From positions 904 to 64,903 of the forward strand of contig JAPPGU010000002.1 in assembly GCA_028821265.1 (NCBI GenBank): 64,000 nt of DNA, written 5' to 3'. Positions within the stretch are counted from its first letter, which is position 1, and each line of letters opens with the position of its first letter. A program made the translations under genes and the position numbers. The DNA comes from a bacterium (GTDB lineage Bacteria > Actinomycetota > Acidimicrobiia > Spongiisociales > Spongiisociaceae). This document shows positions 44,890 through 53,320 of the stretch, one piece after another. Under the pieces are notes generated by a model, which was given only the letters and a program-made list of their open reading frames with translations, searched no databases and was not told where the DNA came from.

Positions 44890-45765
44890 GTGGCGCCGGG
44901 CGAGTCGATCCTGGTCGAGACGGAGGACGCCCACAGCGGAACCATCACCGGGCCCGAGGTGGTCTACGAGACGCTCGAAGACGTGATGGACCGCATCGGC
45001 GGCGCCAACCCGGTTACCGGACCGATCGCCATCGAAGGCGTGCGCGCGGGGGATTGCGTAGAGGTGCACATCGAGCACGTCTCCGGCGCCCCCGTAACCG
45101 GCTTCGGGTACATGACAACCACGCCCACCCTCCACCCGTCCCTCGCCGCGGAGACCGTCATCTGCCACCGCGCCGGTGACCGGGTGGAGATCCCGACCGC
45201 GCGGGGTCCGGTGTCGGTACCGTACCGCCCCTTCGTGGGCACCCTGGGCGTGGCGCCCGCCGGTGACCCGGTGCTGTCGTTCCGCCAGGGCGTGGAGTTC
45301 CTGGGCAACGTCGACCTGCCCGAGGTGACAGCAGGCGCCACCGTGATACTCAGGGCAGGCGTGGACGGAGGCATGGTGTCGCTGGGAGACGCCCATCTCG
45401 CCCAAGGGGACGCAGAGATACATCGCTCGGCCATCGAATGCCAGGCCGACGTGACGCTGAGCTTCGGACGGAGCGATCCGGCCGCGACGGGTTTCTGCGG
45501 CCTGCCACAGGTGAACACGGCTACGGAATGGGCCAGTGTGGCCCCGGGACCCGGCCACCTGGAGGACCTGGTGCGGATGGCCTACGACGATCTGGCCCGG
45601 CGGATGCGCCATACAGGCCGCTATTCGTTGGCCGAGGCCTACCGGCTGCTGGGCGCGGCCGGTAGCGTTCGGGTGGGCCAGGTGGTGCCACCGGTCTACT
45701 CTGCCCTGGCAAAGATCGAACGCCGCTACGTCGAGGAGGATGCCCCATGGCCAAGCCGTCCCTAG
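44890..45765 (+). CDS. acetamidase/formamidase family protein
   Basis: VAPGESILVETEDAHSG, NPVTGPIAIEGVRAGD and GDAHLAQGDAE motifs. Homology appears to extend about 15 codons upstream of the GTG at 44890, with no canonical start there. Confidence 0.7.
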   Translation: MAPGESILVETEDAHSGTITGPEVVYETLEDVMDRIGGANPVTGPIAIEGVRAGDCVEVHIEHVSGAPVTGFGYMTTTPTLHPSLAAETVICHRAGDRVEIPTARGPVSVPYRPFVGTLGVAPAGDPVLSFRQGVEFLGNVDLPEVTAGATVILRAGVDGGMVSLGDAHLAQGDAEIHRSAIECQADVTLSFGRSDPAATGFCGLPQVNTATEWASVAPGPGHLEDLVRMAYDDLARRMRHTGRYSLAEAYRLLGAAGSVRVGQVVPPVYSALAKIERRYVEEDAPWPSRP

Positions 45766-46901
45766 CCGTGGAGTCGATGAGCCGGTCAGGCATCCGGGAG
45801 ATCATGGAACTGGCCTGGACGGTCGAGGACGTCATCCATCTGGAGGTCGGCGAGCCCAACTTCGCCACCCCCGACCACGTCGTGGAGGCCGCCCATCAAG
45901 CCGCCACAGACGGATTCACCCGGTACACGCCCAACGCGGGGATCCCGGAACTACGGGAGGTGCTGGCCCAGAAGGTGCGCGACCGTAACGGCATCGAGGC
46001 CTCGGCCGACCAGATCGTGGTGACGCCCGGGGCGGTGGTCGGCCTCTACAGCACCCTGGCCGCGGTTACCGATCCGGGCGCCGAGGTGCTGCTGAGCGAC
46101 CCCAGCTGGCCGAACTACCACCTGATGATGACCCTGCAAGGGATCACTCCCCGCCTGTTCCCGCTGTCGGCGGAGGACGACTTCATCCCGAACGCCGCCC
46201 GGATCGAACCCCACATCACCGACCGCTCCAAGGTGCTGCTGCTGAACTCCCCGGGCAACCCGTCCGGCGCCACCACCACCCGGGAGGCGTTGGTGGAACT
46301 GCTGGAGCTGGCCCGGGCCTACGACCTTTGGGTGCTGTCGGACGAGGTGTACGACGAGATCTGGTTCGACGACCCTCACGTGTCCGCCGGCCCACTCGAC
46401 CCGGACGGCCGGGTGGTGACCTTCTTCAGCTTCTCCAAGACCTACGCGATGACCGGCTGGCGAGTCGGCTACCTGGTCACCCCGCCCTCCCTGACCGAGA
46501 ACGTGATCAAGACCCAGGAACCGATCTCGTCCTGCGTGAACGCCCCCGCCCAGAAGGCGGCCGTGGCCGCCATCACCGGTCCCCAGGAAGTGGTCGCCGA
46601 GATGCGAGACGCCTACCGGCGGCGCCGCGACCGTGTAGTGGAGCTACTCGGGCGGGAAGGAATCCCCCACGTGCGGCCCACCGGCGCCTTCTACCTCATG
46701 GCCGACGTCAGCGGCAGCGGCATGAGCGGGCTGGAATTCGCCCGCCGCCTGGTACTGGAACGGGGCGTGGCCGTGGTCCCCGGCAACACGTTCGGCCCCG
46801 GAAGCACCGCCTACGTCCGCCTGTCACTGGCCACCGCCACCGAACCCCTCCTGGAAGGAGTAGCCCGCCTGGCCGCAGCTGTCAAGGAGTGGGGCGCCTG
46901 A
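45747..46901 (+). CDS. class I/II PLP-dependent aminotransferase
   Basis: NSPGNPSG and the FSFSKTYAMTGWRVGY lysine motif; 384 aa. Confidence 0.85.
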   Translation: MAKPSLAVESMSRSGIREIMELAWTVEDVIHLEVGEPNFATPDHVVEAAHQAATDGFTRYTPNAGIPELREVLAQKVRDRNGIEASADQIVVTPGAVVGLYSTLAAVTDPGAEVLLSDPSWPNYHLMMTLQGITPRLFPLSAEDDFIPNAARIEPHITDRSKVLLLNSPGNPSGATTTREALVELLELARAYDLWVLSDEVYDEIWFDDPHVSAGPLDPDGRVVTFFSFSKTYAMTGWRVGYLVTPPSLTENVIKTQEPISSCVNAPAQKAAVAAITGPQEVVAEMRDAYRRRRDRVVELLGREGIPHVRPTGAFYLMADVSGSGMSGLEFARRLVLERGVAVVPGNTFGPGSTAYVRLSLATATEPLLEGVARLAAAVKEWGA

Positions 46902-47056
46902 CTCCGGAGTCCTTCGGATCGAACCCGACGACCTCGGCCTCGAGAACATACGGGGTCCTCGCCGTAAGGACCCGCTGAACACGGGAGAATCCGCTACCGG
47001 CGAACTGGCAGGGGCTATCGTCAATCACGACATCGCTGGGGGAAGGGATTTCGGTC

Positions 47057-48196
47057 ATGTTCGAATGGCTTGGTATCGGCCACCTCGTCGAGCTTTCCGG
47101 GACGGAAGCCGTCTGGGGGTACTTGACCCCGCTGGCGGCATTCATCGGGTTCTTCGTGTTACAGCTCGTGGTGCCGGGACGCCGCGTCCCCGGCTACGTC
47201 ATCGATCCCGAGACCGGCGAGCCTCGAAACTACCGGCTGAACGGTCTCCTGGTCTTCATAGTCGTGGTGATCCTGTGGTACTTCGAACTGACCGGGATGC
47301 CCCAGGACTGGTTCTACCGGTCCACCCTCTATGCCGTGGCCGGCGGAACGGTGGTGACGCTGATCCTCTCCATCATCGCGGTGTACAGCCAGCCACCGGG
47401 TGAGGTGAAGAACCCGTTACTGGCCTTGTGGATCGGACGGGCCCAAGAGTTGTCCTTCTTCAACCAGCGCATCGACATCAAGATGTACTTCTATGTGGTG
47501 GGCGGGGCGATGTTGGTGCTCAACGGCTGGTCCGCGGTGGCTTACCACTACGACCGCTTCGGCGAGGACGCCAACCCCGGTGTTGTTCTGTACACCGCGT
47601 TCTTCACATGGTATATCGTGGATTACTTCATATTCGAGCGCGTCCAGTTGTATACATACGATCTTATCCATGAGCGGATGGGATTCAAGATGTTCTGGGG
47701 CGGGCTCCTGATCTACGGTTGGATGTTCACCATCCCGCTGTGGGGGATGGCCGTCCACCCGGACCCCGGATTCTCCGGACCGGGCAGGTATGTCTGGCTG
47801 ATCGGGGCGTCGGTGAGCTTCCTCTTCGGGTGGGGCATGTCCCGCGGCGCCGCCATGCAGAAGTACACCTTCAAGCGCTGGCCCGACCGCAAGTTCCTCG
47901 GCCTCATCGAGCCCGAGTACATCGAGGCCGGGGACCGCAAGCTCCTGGTCAGCGGTTTCTGGGGCCTGTCCCGCCACATGAACTACGGGGGTGAGGGGTT
48001 CATCTCGCTGGGGATGGCCCTGGCGTTCGGCCACTTCACCAACCTGTGGGCCTGGACCTACTTCATCTTCGTGGTCATCATGTTCACCACTCGTGAACGC
48101 TACGACAACAAGTTCTGTGAGGAGAAGTACGGCCCCGAGAAGTGGGCCGAGTACAAGGCAAGGGTGAAGTACCGGATCTACCCCTGGATCTACTGA
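47057..48196 (+). CDS. ERG4/ERG24-family sterol-reductase-like membrane protein
   Basis: Polytopic. C-terminal GFWGLSRHMNYGGEG ... RERYDNKFCEEKYGPEKWAEYKARVKYRIYPWIY matches the family signature. Confidence 0.75.
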   Translation: MFEWLGIGHLVELSGTEAVWGYLTPLAAFIGFFVLQLVVPGRRVPGYVIDPETGEPRNYRLNGLLVFIVVVILWYFELTGMPQDWFYRSTLYAVAGGTVVTLILSIIAVYSQPPGEVKNPLLALWIGRAQELSFFNQRIDIKMYFYVVGGAMLVLNGWSAVAYHYDRFGEDANPGVVLYTAFFTWYIVDYFIFERVQLYTYDLIHERMGFKMFWGGLLIYGWMFTIPLWGMAVHPDPGFSGPGRYVWLIGASVSFLFGWGMSRGAAMQKYTFKRWPDRKFLGLIEPEYIEAGDRKLLVSGFWGLSRHMNYGGEGFISLGMALAFGHFTNLWAWTYFIFVVIMFTTRERYDNKFCEEKYGPEKWAEYKARVKYRIYPWIY

Positions 48197-48211
48197 TAAG
48201 CCCGTCGCACC

Positions 48212-48532
48212 TTAGGTAGCGGGCGCGACCACCTCGAACGACAGCAACTCCGAGGCGACACCGACCGGCCGGCTGTCGGAGCCCTCGTTCGATGTCTTGT
48301 GGCCCCGCCCGAACCCCCGACTGCTGACCCACCGCTGGAAGTCCTCCTCCGACCTCCACCTGGTGTACACGAAGTAGCGGGTCTCGCCATCCACCGGCCT
48401 CAGCAGCTCGAATCCTTCGAAGCCCTCCACCCCGTCCACTGCACGAGCCCGCGCCGCGAAGCGCGCCTCCAGCTCCGCACCCCTTCCATCCGGCACGGTG
48501 ATGGCGTTGATCTTGACGACACTCACAGCCAA
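48212..48532 (-). CDS. ABM-fold monooxygenase, MhuD/IsdG-like haem-degrading type
   Basis: SVVKINAITVPDGRGAELEARFAARARAVDGVEGFEGFELLRPVDGETRYFVYTRWRSEEDFQRW closely follows the MhuD pattern as I recall it. Confidence 0.7.
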   Translation of the reverse strand: MAVSVVKINAITVPDGRGAELEARFAARARAVDGVEGFEGFELLRPVDGETRYFVYTRWRSEEDFQRWVSSRGFGRGHKTSNEGSDSRPVGVASELLSFEVVAPAT

Positions 48533-48596
48533 TCCTCCAGGTTGTCATAGGGCTTCTATATTCCTTTATCCCCATATACCCTAACCATCGTACGCT

Positions 48597-48695
48597 AGGA
48601 GGGTACTGAGAAATGTCCCGTTGGCCCGATTGCCGGAAAAGAAAGCGCGAGAAGTGTCGCGGGCCAACCAATCTCGTCTTTCTCAGCACCCTCCT
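48597..48695. repeat. about 100-nt nested hairpin element (copy 2 of the repeat family at 25620)
   Basis: The 17-nt arms AGGAGGGTACTGAGAAA / TTTCTCAGCACCCTCCT have one mismatch. The inner GTTGGCCCG / CGGGCCAAC form a perfect 9 bp. The asymmetric loop CAATCTCGTC is conserved with copy 1. Confidence 0.6.
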
Positions 48696-48724
48696 ATAGT
48701 TGAAGAGCACGAGAGGGGACGGGG

Positions 48725-48895
48725 ATGCCCGCTGCCACCGAAGGATACGCAGATGCCAAGGCTGCAGAGGCCATCGCCACCGCTGAAGCGAATGTAGAGA
48801 AGGCCATCAACCGTCTCATCCGATGGTTTATCGTGGTCGCCATCTCCACGATGGGTTTCGGCGCATCCATGGCAGCTCTCTTCCTAGCCGACTAA
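48725..48895 (+). CDS. candidate 56-aa tail-anchored membrane protein
   Basis: An ATG preceded by GAGGGGA. The product is MPAATEGYADAKAAEAIATAEANVEKAINRLIRWFIVVAISTMGFGASMAALFLAD. It is below the track cut-off. Confidence 0.35.
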   Translation: MPAATEGYADAKAAEAIATAEANVEKAINRLIRWFIVVAISTMGFGASMAALFLAD

Positions 48896-48941
48896 CCCGG
48901 ATATCCCTCAGGGCCAGCCCACCCGTCGGGTAATCGGTCGA

Positions 48942-50180
48942 CTACAGCCATGGTTGGGAAGGTTCAGGCTGGGGGATCGGGTCGGGAGTCGGGGGCTCGT
49001 GGAAGCGGTGCAGGTAGACGGCGGCTTCCGACCGGGTGACAGGTTGGTCGGGATGGAAGGGATCGGGAGGCGACCACCAGACGATCCCTCGACCGGCCGC
49101 CCAGTCCACGGCCTCTTCGTACCAGGCACCGCCAGCCACGTCTGGGAACGGCGGCGGTTCCGTGATCAACTCCCTCTCGGGATAGAGATCCTTGGGGGTC
49201 GGTTCCCCTAGGGACCCTGTTTCCGAAACCGCAGCGAGCCGATGCAGGAGGACGATGGCTTCCGCGCGGGTGATCCGCCCGGCAGGACCCACGTATCGAA
49301 CCGTCCGCCCCGGCGCGATCCCATGCTGGGCCATCCAGTCCCTGGCCTTCTCGTAGTCCGTGCGCGGGTTGGGATCGTCGAGCGGGCTGGGAGGCACAGT
49401 GTTAGACCCGGTGGCGTACGACCACAGCAACGTCGCGAAGTCCCTCCAACGCATGGGCTCGTCAGGCCCGTAGAGGTCATGCGTCAGGCCGGCGGCGATC
49501 CCCCGGTCGCTCATCCACCGCACGGCTCCGGCGTAGAAGGCATTGGGGGGCACGTCGTTGAACCAGTCGTGCAAGCAGGGCCGGTCGTGGTGACGGGTCG
49601 CCTCGCTGGTCAGCGCCGGCCAGCGACTGCACGAGGGATCCCACTGCCAGGGTGGCACGCAGGTGACGACCCGGCAACGGATCGGCCCGACACAGGTGTC
49701 CTGGCTGCACTGGCCGTAGCGGAACTGGACGCAGTCGACTTTCCTTGTGTCGCACCCGTCCGGGCACCGGCACCAGGCGGCGGTCGCCGAACGCGGGCAG
49801 AGGCCTCCCGGCCAGCACCGGCGAGTCGGCAGGCACGCGACGTTGCAGTCGATGTAGTAGCGGGGTCGTGGCTTGTCATAGGAGCAGAACGAAGAGTTGT
49901 TGACCTTCCACCAGCCACCCACCACCGTCCCGGGCGGGCACGTGTTCTCGCCCGTCAGCCTGCAGCAGAACTCCGTCCATCCGTCGCAGCACGCCGACCC
50001 GGAGGAGCACCGCAGCCCCAGGCATGTGATGATGGCGGCCTCCGCGGCGATGGGTCGGATGAGGTAGGCAGGGGCGAAGGCGATGGCTGTCGCGGACATC
50101 ACCACCGATCGAAGGAACCCGCGCCGCGACGTGTGGCGGTCCACCAGGCTCGATACCCTCATGATGAGTTTGCGACTCAT
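48942..50180 (-). CDS. Tat-secreted cysteine-rich (about 22 Cys) MauA-like domain fused to three SLH repeats
   Basis: It has a twin-arginine signal (TSRRGFLRS...AAEA) and a Cys-rich region with CPPGT...GGWW...C...YYIDC...AAWC, reminiscent of the methylamine dehydrogenase light chain. Three F.DV...W...GI..G...TR.EA SLH-like repeats follow. Confidence 0.65.
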   Translation of the reverse strand: MSRKLIMRVSSLVDRHTSRRGFLRSVVMSATAIAFAPAYLIRPIAAEAAIITCLGLRCSSGSACCDGWTEFCCRLTGENTCPPGTVVGGWWKVNNSSFCSYDKPRPRYYIDCNVACLPTRRCWPGGLCPRSATAAWCRCPDGCDTRKVDCVQFRYGQCSQDTCVGPIRCRVVTCVPPWQWDPSCSRWPALTSEATRHHDRPCLHDWFNDVPPNAFYAGAVRWMSDRGIAAGLTHDLYGPDEPMRWRDFATLLWSYATGSNTVPPSPLDDPNPRTDYEKARDWMAQHGIAPGRTVRYVGPAGRITRAEAIVLLHRLAAVSETGSLGEPTPKDLYPERELITEPPPFPDVAGGAWYEEAVDWAAGRGIVWWSPPDPFHPDQPVTRSEAAVYLHRFHEPPTPDPIPQPEPSQPWL

Positions 50181-50203
50181 TGCTGCTGCCGGTGGCCGGT
50201 GGC

Positions 50204-50782
50204 TTACCGCCGGAGCCCGGCGGCTTCGATCCGGAACGTCTCCGGAGTCCTACCTCCCGCCGATCTGGCCTGGAGCCATTCCGGCACCGCTGTGAAGCTC
50301 ACGAGGACCATCCCGGCCAGCACGCACACGGCGAGGACCAGCGCAACGCGGCCAACCGGTTGATCTGCCGCGTTTCCGACCCAGACCACTGGCGAACCAC
50401 CCCCGCCTGCCGCCAGCGCGCACACGGCTGCGAAGAAGAGGTTGCCGACCACATGTATCCCCGATGGTGGGGAATCCAGTTGCCCGAAGCATCCGCAAGA
50501 GGAGAGACCCCTGTTGAGCGCGAGCAGCGAAACCAGCGCGAACAGCGAGTAGACACCGGCCGCGACGAGCGCCGGCCCCGGCCCGCCGGCCGCAAGCGCG
50601 GCCACTCCGAGTACCAACTCCGCGCCACCGGCCGCACGGGCGAACCACACCCGGGCGGGGAAACCGACGGCTCCCATCAGGTCGGCCGCCGGACGGGGGA
50701 ATGCCAGCTTGGCCACCCCGGCGAAGATGAGCAACAGCGAGCCGGCCGCGTAGAGCGCCATCGTGAGGTCTGGGAAGGTCAT
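50204..50782 (-). CDS. MauE/DoxX-family redox-associated membrane protein
   Basis: Four or five hydrophobic helices and the CGCFG motif. It ends 23 nt upstream of the Cys-rich gene. Confidence 0.65.
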   Translation of the reverse strand: MTFPDLTMALYAAGSLLLIFAGVAKLAFPRPAADLMGAVGFPARVWFARAAGGAELVLGVAALAAGGPGPALVAAGVYSLFALVSLLALNRGLSSCGCFGQLDSPPSGIHVVGNLFFAAVCALAAGGGGSPVVWVGNAADQPVGRVALVLAVCVLAGMVLVSFTAVPEWLQARSAGGRTPETFRIEAAGLRR

Positions 50783-50872
50783 CTAGCGTCAAGGCTACCC
50801 ATGGCACCCTGGACCGGCAGTATCCCGCGTACCCCGTGGGGTCGGGGATAAACCCGATCCGAGCACTGCGAC

Positions 50873-52423
50873 ATGGCAGACTTGATGCGCAAGTTTGCCC
50901 CCCAACGAGGTCGCGCTTTGAGCGGAGCATGGATGGATCTGCGGCGCCGGGGACCGGACCCGCTGGTGGCCGCGGCGCTCTCCGCGATCTGGCCCGGTCT
51001 GGGCCATTTCGGCCACAGAACCCGCCGTGCCCTGCTGTTCGCCAACGGGACCCTGATGGCCTACGTCTTCGCGCTCGGCTACGTGGTGGCGCGCGGCACG
51101 AGGACCCTGCTCCTCTGGACCGTGAACGTCTCCTCGCTCCGGATCGTGATGGTGGGGAGCCTGCTCCTACTCGCCTTTCGCTCCGCGGTTGCGGTGGACG
51201 CGTACAGAACTGCGGACCGCCGCTACTGGCGGTGGCGCCACAAGCCGCGGCGGCGGGTCGGGACAGCGATCACGCTCACCCTGGTGGCCGCGCTCATCGC
51301 CGCTCCCCACGTGGTGGTCATCCGACTCGCCTCGGTGCAGCTGGCCCTGCTGTCGGACGTGTTCGTCGCCACCAACACGCTGACCGCGGCTCCCACCCCG
51401 CTTCCCACCACCTCCCCCACGACCTCGCTGCCGGAGGCCGGCGAGGCCGACCCATCGGGACCCATCGTGCCGCTCACACAGGCGACGACCCCGGCCCCTA
51501 CCACATCCACCACGGCCCGGGCCCCGGCCCCGGCCGCGCAACCACAACTGACATGGGACGGCGCGGACCGCCTCACCATTGCTCTGCTGGGAAGCGACGC
51601 CGGGTTCGACCGGGTCGGGGTGAGAACCGACACGATCATCGTGGTCTCGATCGATGTGGCCACCGGCGATGCGGCGGCGTTCAGCGTGCCGCGCAACTGG
51701 CGTCACGTCACCTTCCCGGACGGAACCGCTGCCGCGGAGCTATGGCCGGACGGGTATCCGGAGATCGTCAACGAGATCTACGGCCTCGGGCTGAGACAGC
51801 CCGAAGCCTTCCCCCAGGTCGATGATCCGGCGGGACACGCCATCAAGTCCGCGCTCGCCCAGCTGACCGGCCTGCCCATCCAGTACTACGTGCTGCTCGA
51901 CATGGTGGGTTTCGTCAAGGTCATCGACCTGTTCGGCGGCATCGACCTGTACGTGAGCGAAACGATCGACGAGCGGATCAAGCCCATCGTGGCGGACGGC
52001 CCGCCCGTCTTCATCACCACCGAGCCCGGACTCCACCACTTCGACGGCATGACCACCCTCGGCTACGTGCGTGCCCGGACCGGCACCACAGACTGGCACC
52101 GGATGACCCGCCAACGATGCGTGGTCGAGGCCCTGCTCGACCAGGTGCCGCGCATGGAGCTGGTGTACCGGTATGCGGACCTCACCGACATCATCGCCAG
52201 CCATGTCAGCACCGACATCCCGATCGGTCGCCTCAGCGACCTCATGGGCATCGCGGACCGCCTCGACACGTCGAGGATCGTCACCGTCAACTTCATCCCT
52301 CCCGAGTTCCAGCCCGGCGATGCGCCCATCGCCCAGGTACGGGCCGCCGTCTCCCAGGCCCTGGAAGGCCGCGCCAACACCTCGAACGCGCTACTCGCCG
52401 ATAGGTGCCGGACAACGCAGTAA
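50873..52423 (+). CDS. LytR-CpsA-Psr (LCP) family cell-wall polymer ligase
   Basis: N-terminal membrane helices, a Pro/Thr-rich linker, and an LCP core (LLGSDAG...RTDTIIVVSID, YYVLLDMVGFVKVIDLFGGIDL, LGYVRAR). Confidence 0.85.
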   Translation: MADLMRKFAPQRGRALSGAWMDLRRRGPDPLVAAALSAIWPGLGHFGHRTRRALLFANGTLMAYVFALGYVVARGTRTLLLWTVNVSSLRIVMVGSLLLLAFRSAVAVDAYRTADRRYWRWRHKPRRRVGTAITLTLVAALIAAPHVVVIRLASVQLALLSDVFVATNTLTAAPTPLPTTSPTTSLPEAGEADPSGPIVPLTQATTPAPTTSTTARAPAPAAQPQLTWDGADRLTIALLGSDAGFDRVGVRTDTIIVVSIDVATGDAAAFSVPRNWRHVTFPDGTAAAELWPDGYPEIVNEIYGLGLRQPEAFPQVDDPAGHAIKSALAQLTGLPIQYYVLLDMVGFVKVIDLFGGIDLYVSETIDERIKPIVADGPPVFITTEPGLHHFDGMTTLGYVRARTGTTDWHRMTRQRCVVEALLDQVPRMELVYRYADLTDIIASHVSTDIPIGRLSDLMGIADRLDTSRIVTVNFIPPEFQPGDAPIAQVRAAVSQALEGRANTSNALLADRCRTTQ

Positions 52424-52484
52424 GTCCCACCATCGAGCCCGTCGGCCCTGGTAACCGGCACCCCCCGCCTGATAATCTGGCTAG

Positions 52485-53243
52485 GTGGCCCTCGCTCTCG
52501 TCCTGCTCAGTTGCGCCGTGGCGGTCCTCGCCCTACTGGTGTTCGGCCTGCTGAGGTCGCACGCCGAGATAATCCGAGCTCTGCACCGCGCGGGAATCCC
52601 TCTCGAGGAAAGCGGCGGGCATGCCGGACACCCCGGCGCGCCCGTGGAGTTGCGTTCCGAGCCGGACGGGGCCGCGCACGACATCGTCGGCGTTTCTCCC
52701 GGTGGGAGCCCCACCAAGGTCAGCGTCACCGGCGTACGCGGTATGACGCTTCTGGCGTTTCTCTCGTCGGGTTGCCGGACGTGCGAGACCTTCTGGACGG
52801 CGTTCGCGGAGCCCGGCCTCGATCTCCCCGATGCGAGCACCCGGCTCGTCATCGTCGGTCAGGACCCGCCCCTCGAGTAGGAGACCGCGTTCGCCGGCCT
52901 GGCGCCTCCGGGTGTCAAGGCGGTGCTGTCCAGCGCGGCGTGGCAGGACTATGACGTTCCGGGATCGCCGTACTTCGCGCTGGTCGACGGTACGCACAAC
53001 CGGATGGTCGGCTCAGGCACCGCCGGTAACTGGGACCAGATGCGGAACATGCTCGGGACGGCCCTGGGCGACTACCTTCGTGAGATCGATCCGGAACGCG
53101 GCTCGACCTCGGGCCGGAACCGGGAAAGGCGCGCCGATCAGGCTCTGGCGGCGGCCGGCATCGGCCGGGACCATCCGAGCGTCAACCCGGAACCAAGCAC
53201 CAGCGATGGGGACACTCCTCGCAACCCATCCGCCGAACAGTGA
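52485..53243 (+). pseudogene. membrane-anchored MauD/TlpA-like thioredoxin-fold gene interrupted by one in-frame TAG (52878-52880)
   Basis: Track ORFs 52485..52880 and 52923..53243 are in the same frame. The CxxC motif (SSGCRTCETFW) lies before the stop, and the rest of the fold (SAAWQDYDVPGSPYFALVDG...G) lies after it. Confidence 0.55.
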
Positions 53244-53320
53244 TCACTTCATTCGCCGTAGGCGTCGCCGCCGCGGTCGTCGCCGGATTCCGCTCGACCT
53301 GGTCGCCCTGAGGCCTTTCG

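Noticed and set aside
46905-46990. tRNA-like string GGATCGAACCC (the reverse complement of a T-arm-like GGGTTCGATCC), raising the possibility of a minus-strand tRNA, perhaps tRNA-Sec, downstream of the aminotransferase gene.
   Set aside because: Folding the minus strand by hand gave no acceptor stem, a poor T stem (4 bp with an atypical loop) and no 7-nt anticodon loop with U33. The local palindromes (ACTCCGGAGT; GGGTCCT-7 nt-AGGACCC) look like ordinary hairpins.
48612-48695. 27-codon ORF (MSRWPDCRKRKREKCRGPTNLVFLSTLL) inside the nested hairpin element, preceded by AGGAGG.
   Set aside because: The AGGAGG is part of the hairpin arm and lies 11 nt from the ATG. The homologous element at 25620 does not preserve the frame.
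52878-52880. In-frame TAG in the MauD-like gene read as pyrrolysine.
   Set aside because: No pylTSBCD genes or methylamine methyltransferase genes are in view. The protein family is not a known Pyl protein. A nonsense mutation or a sequencing error is more parsimonious.
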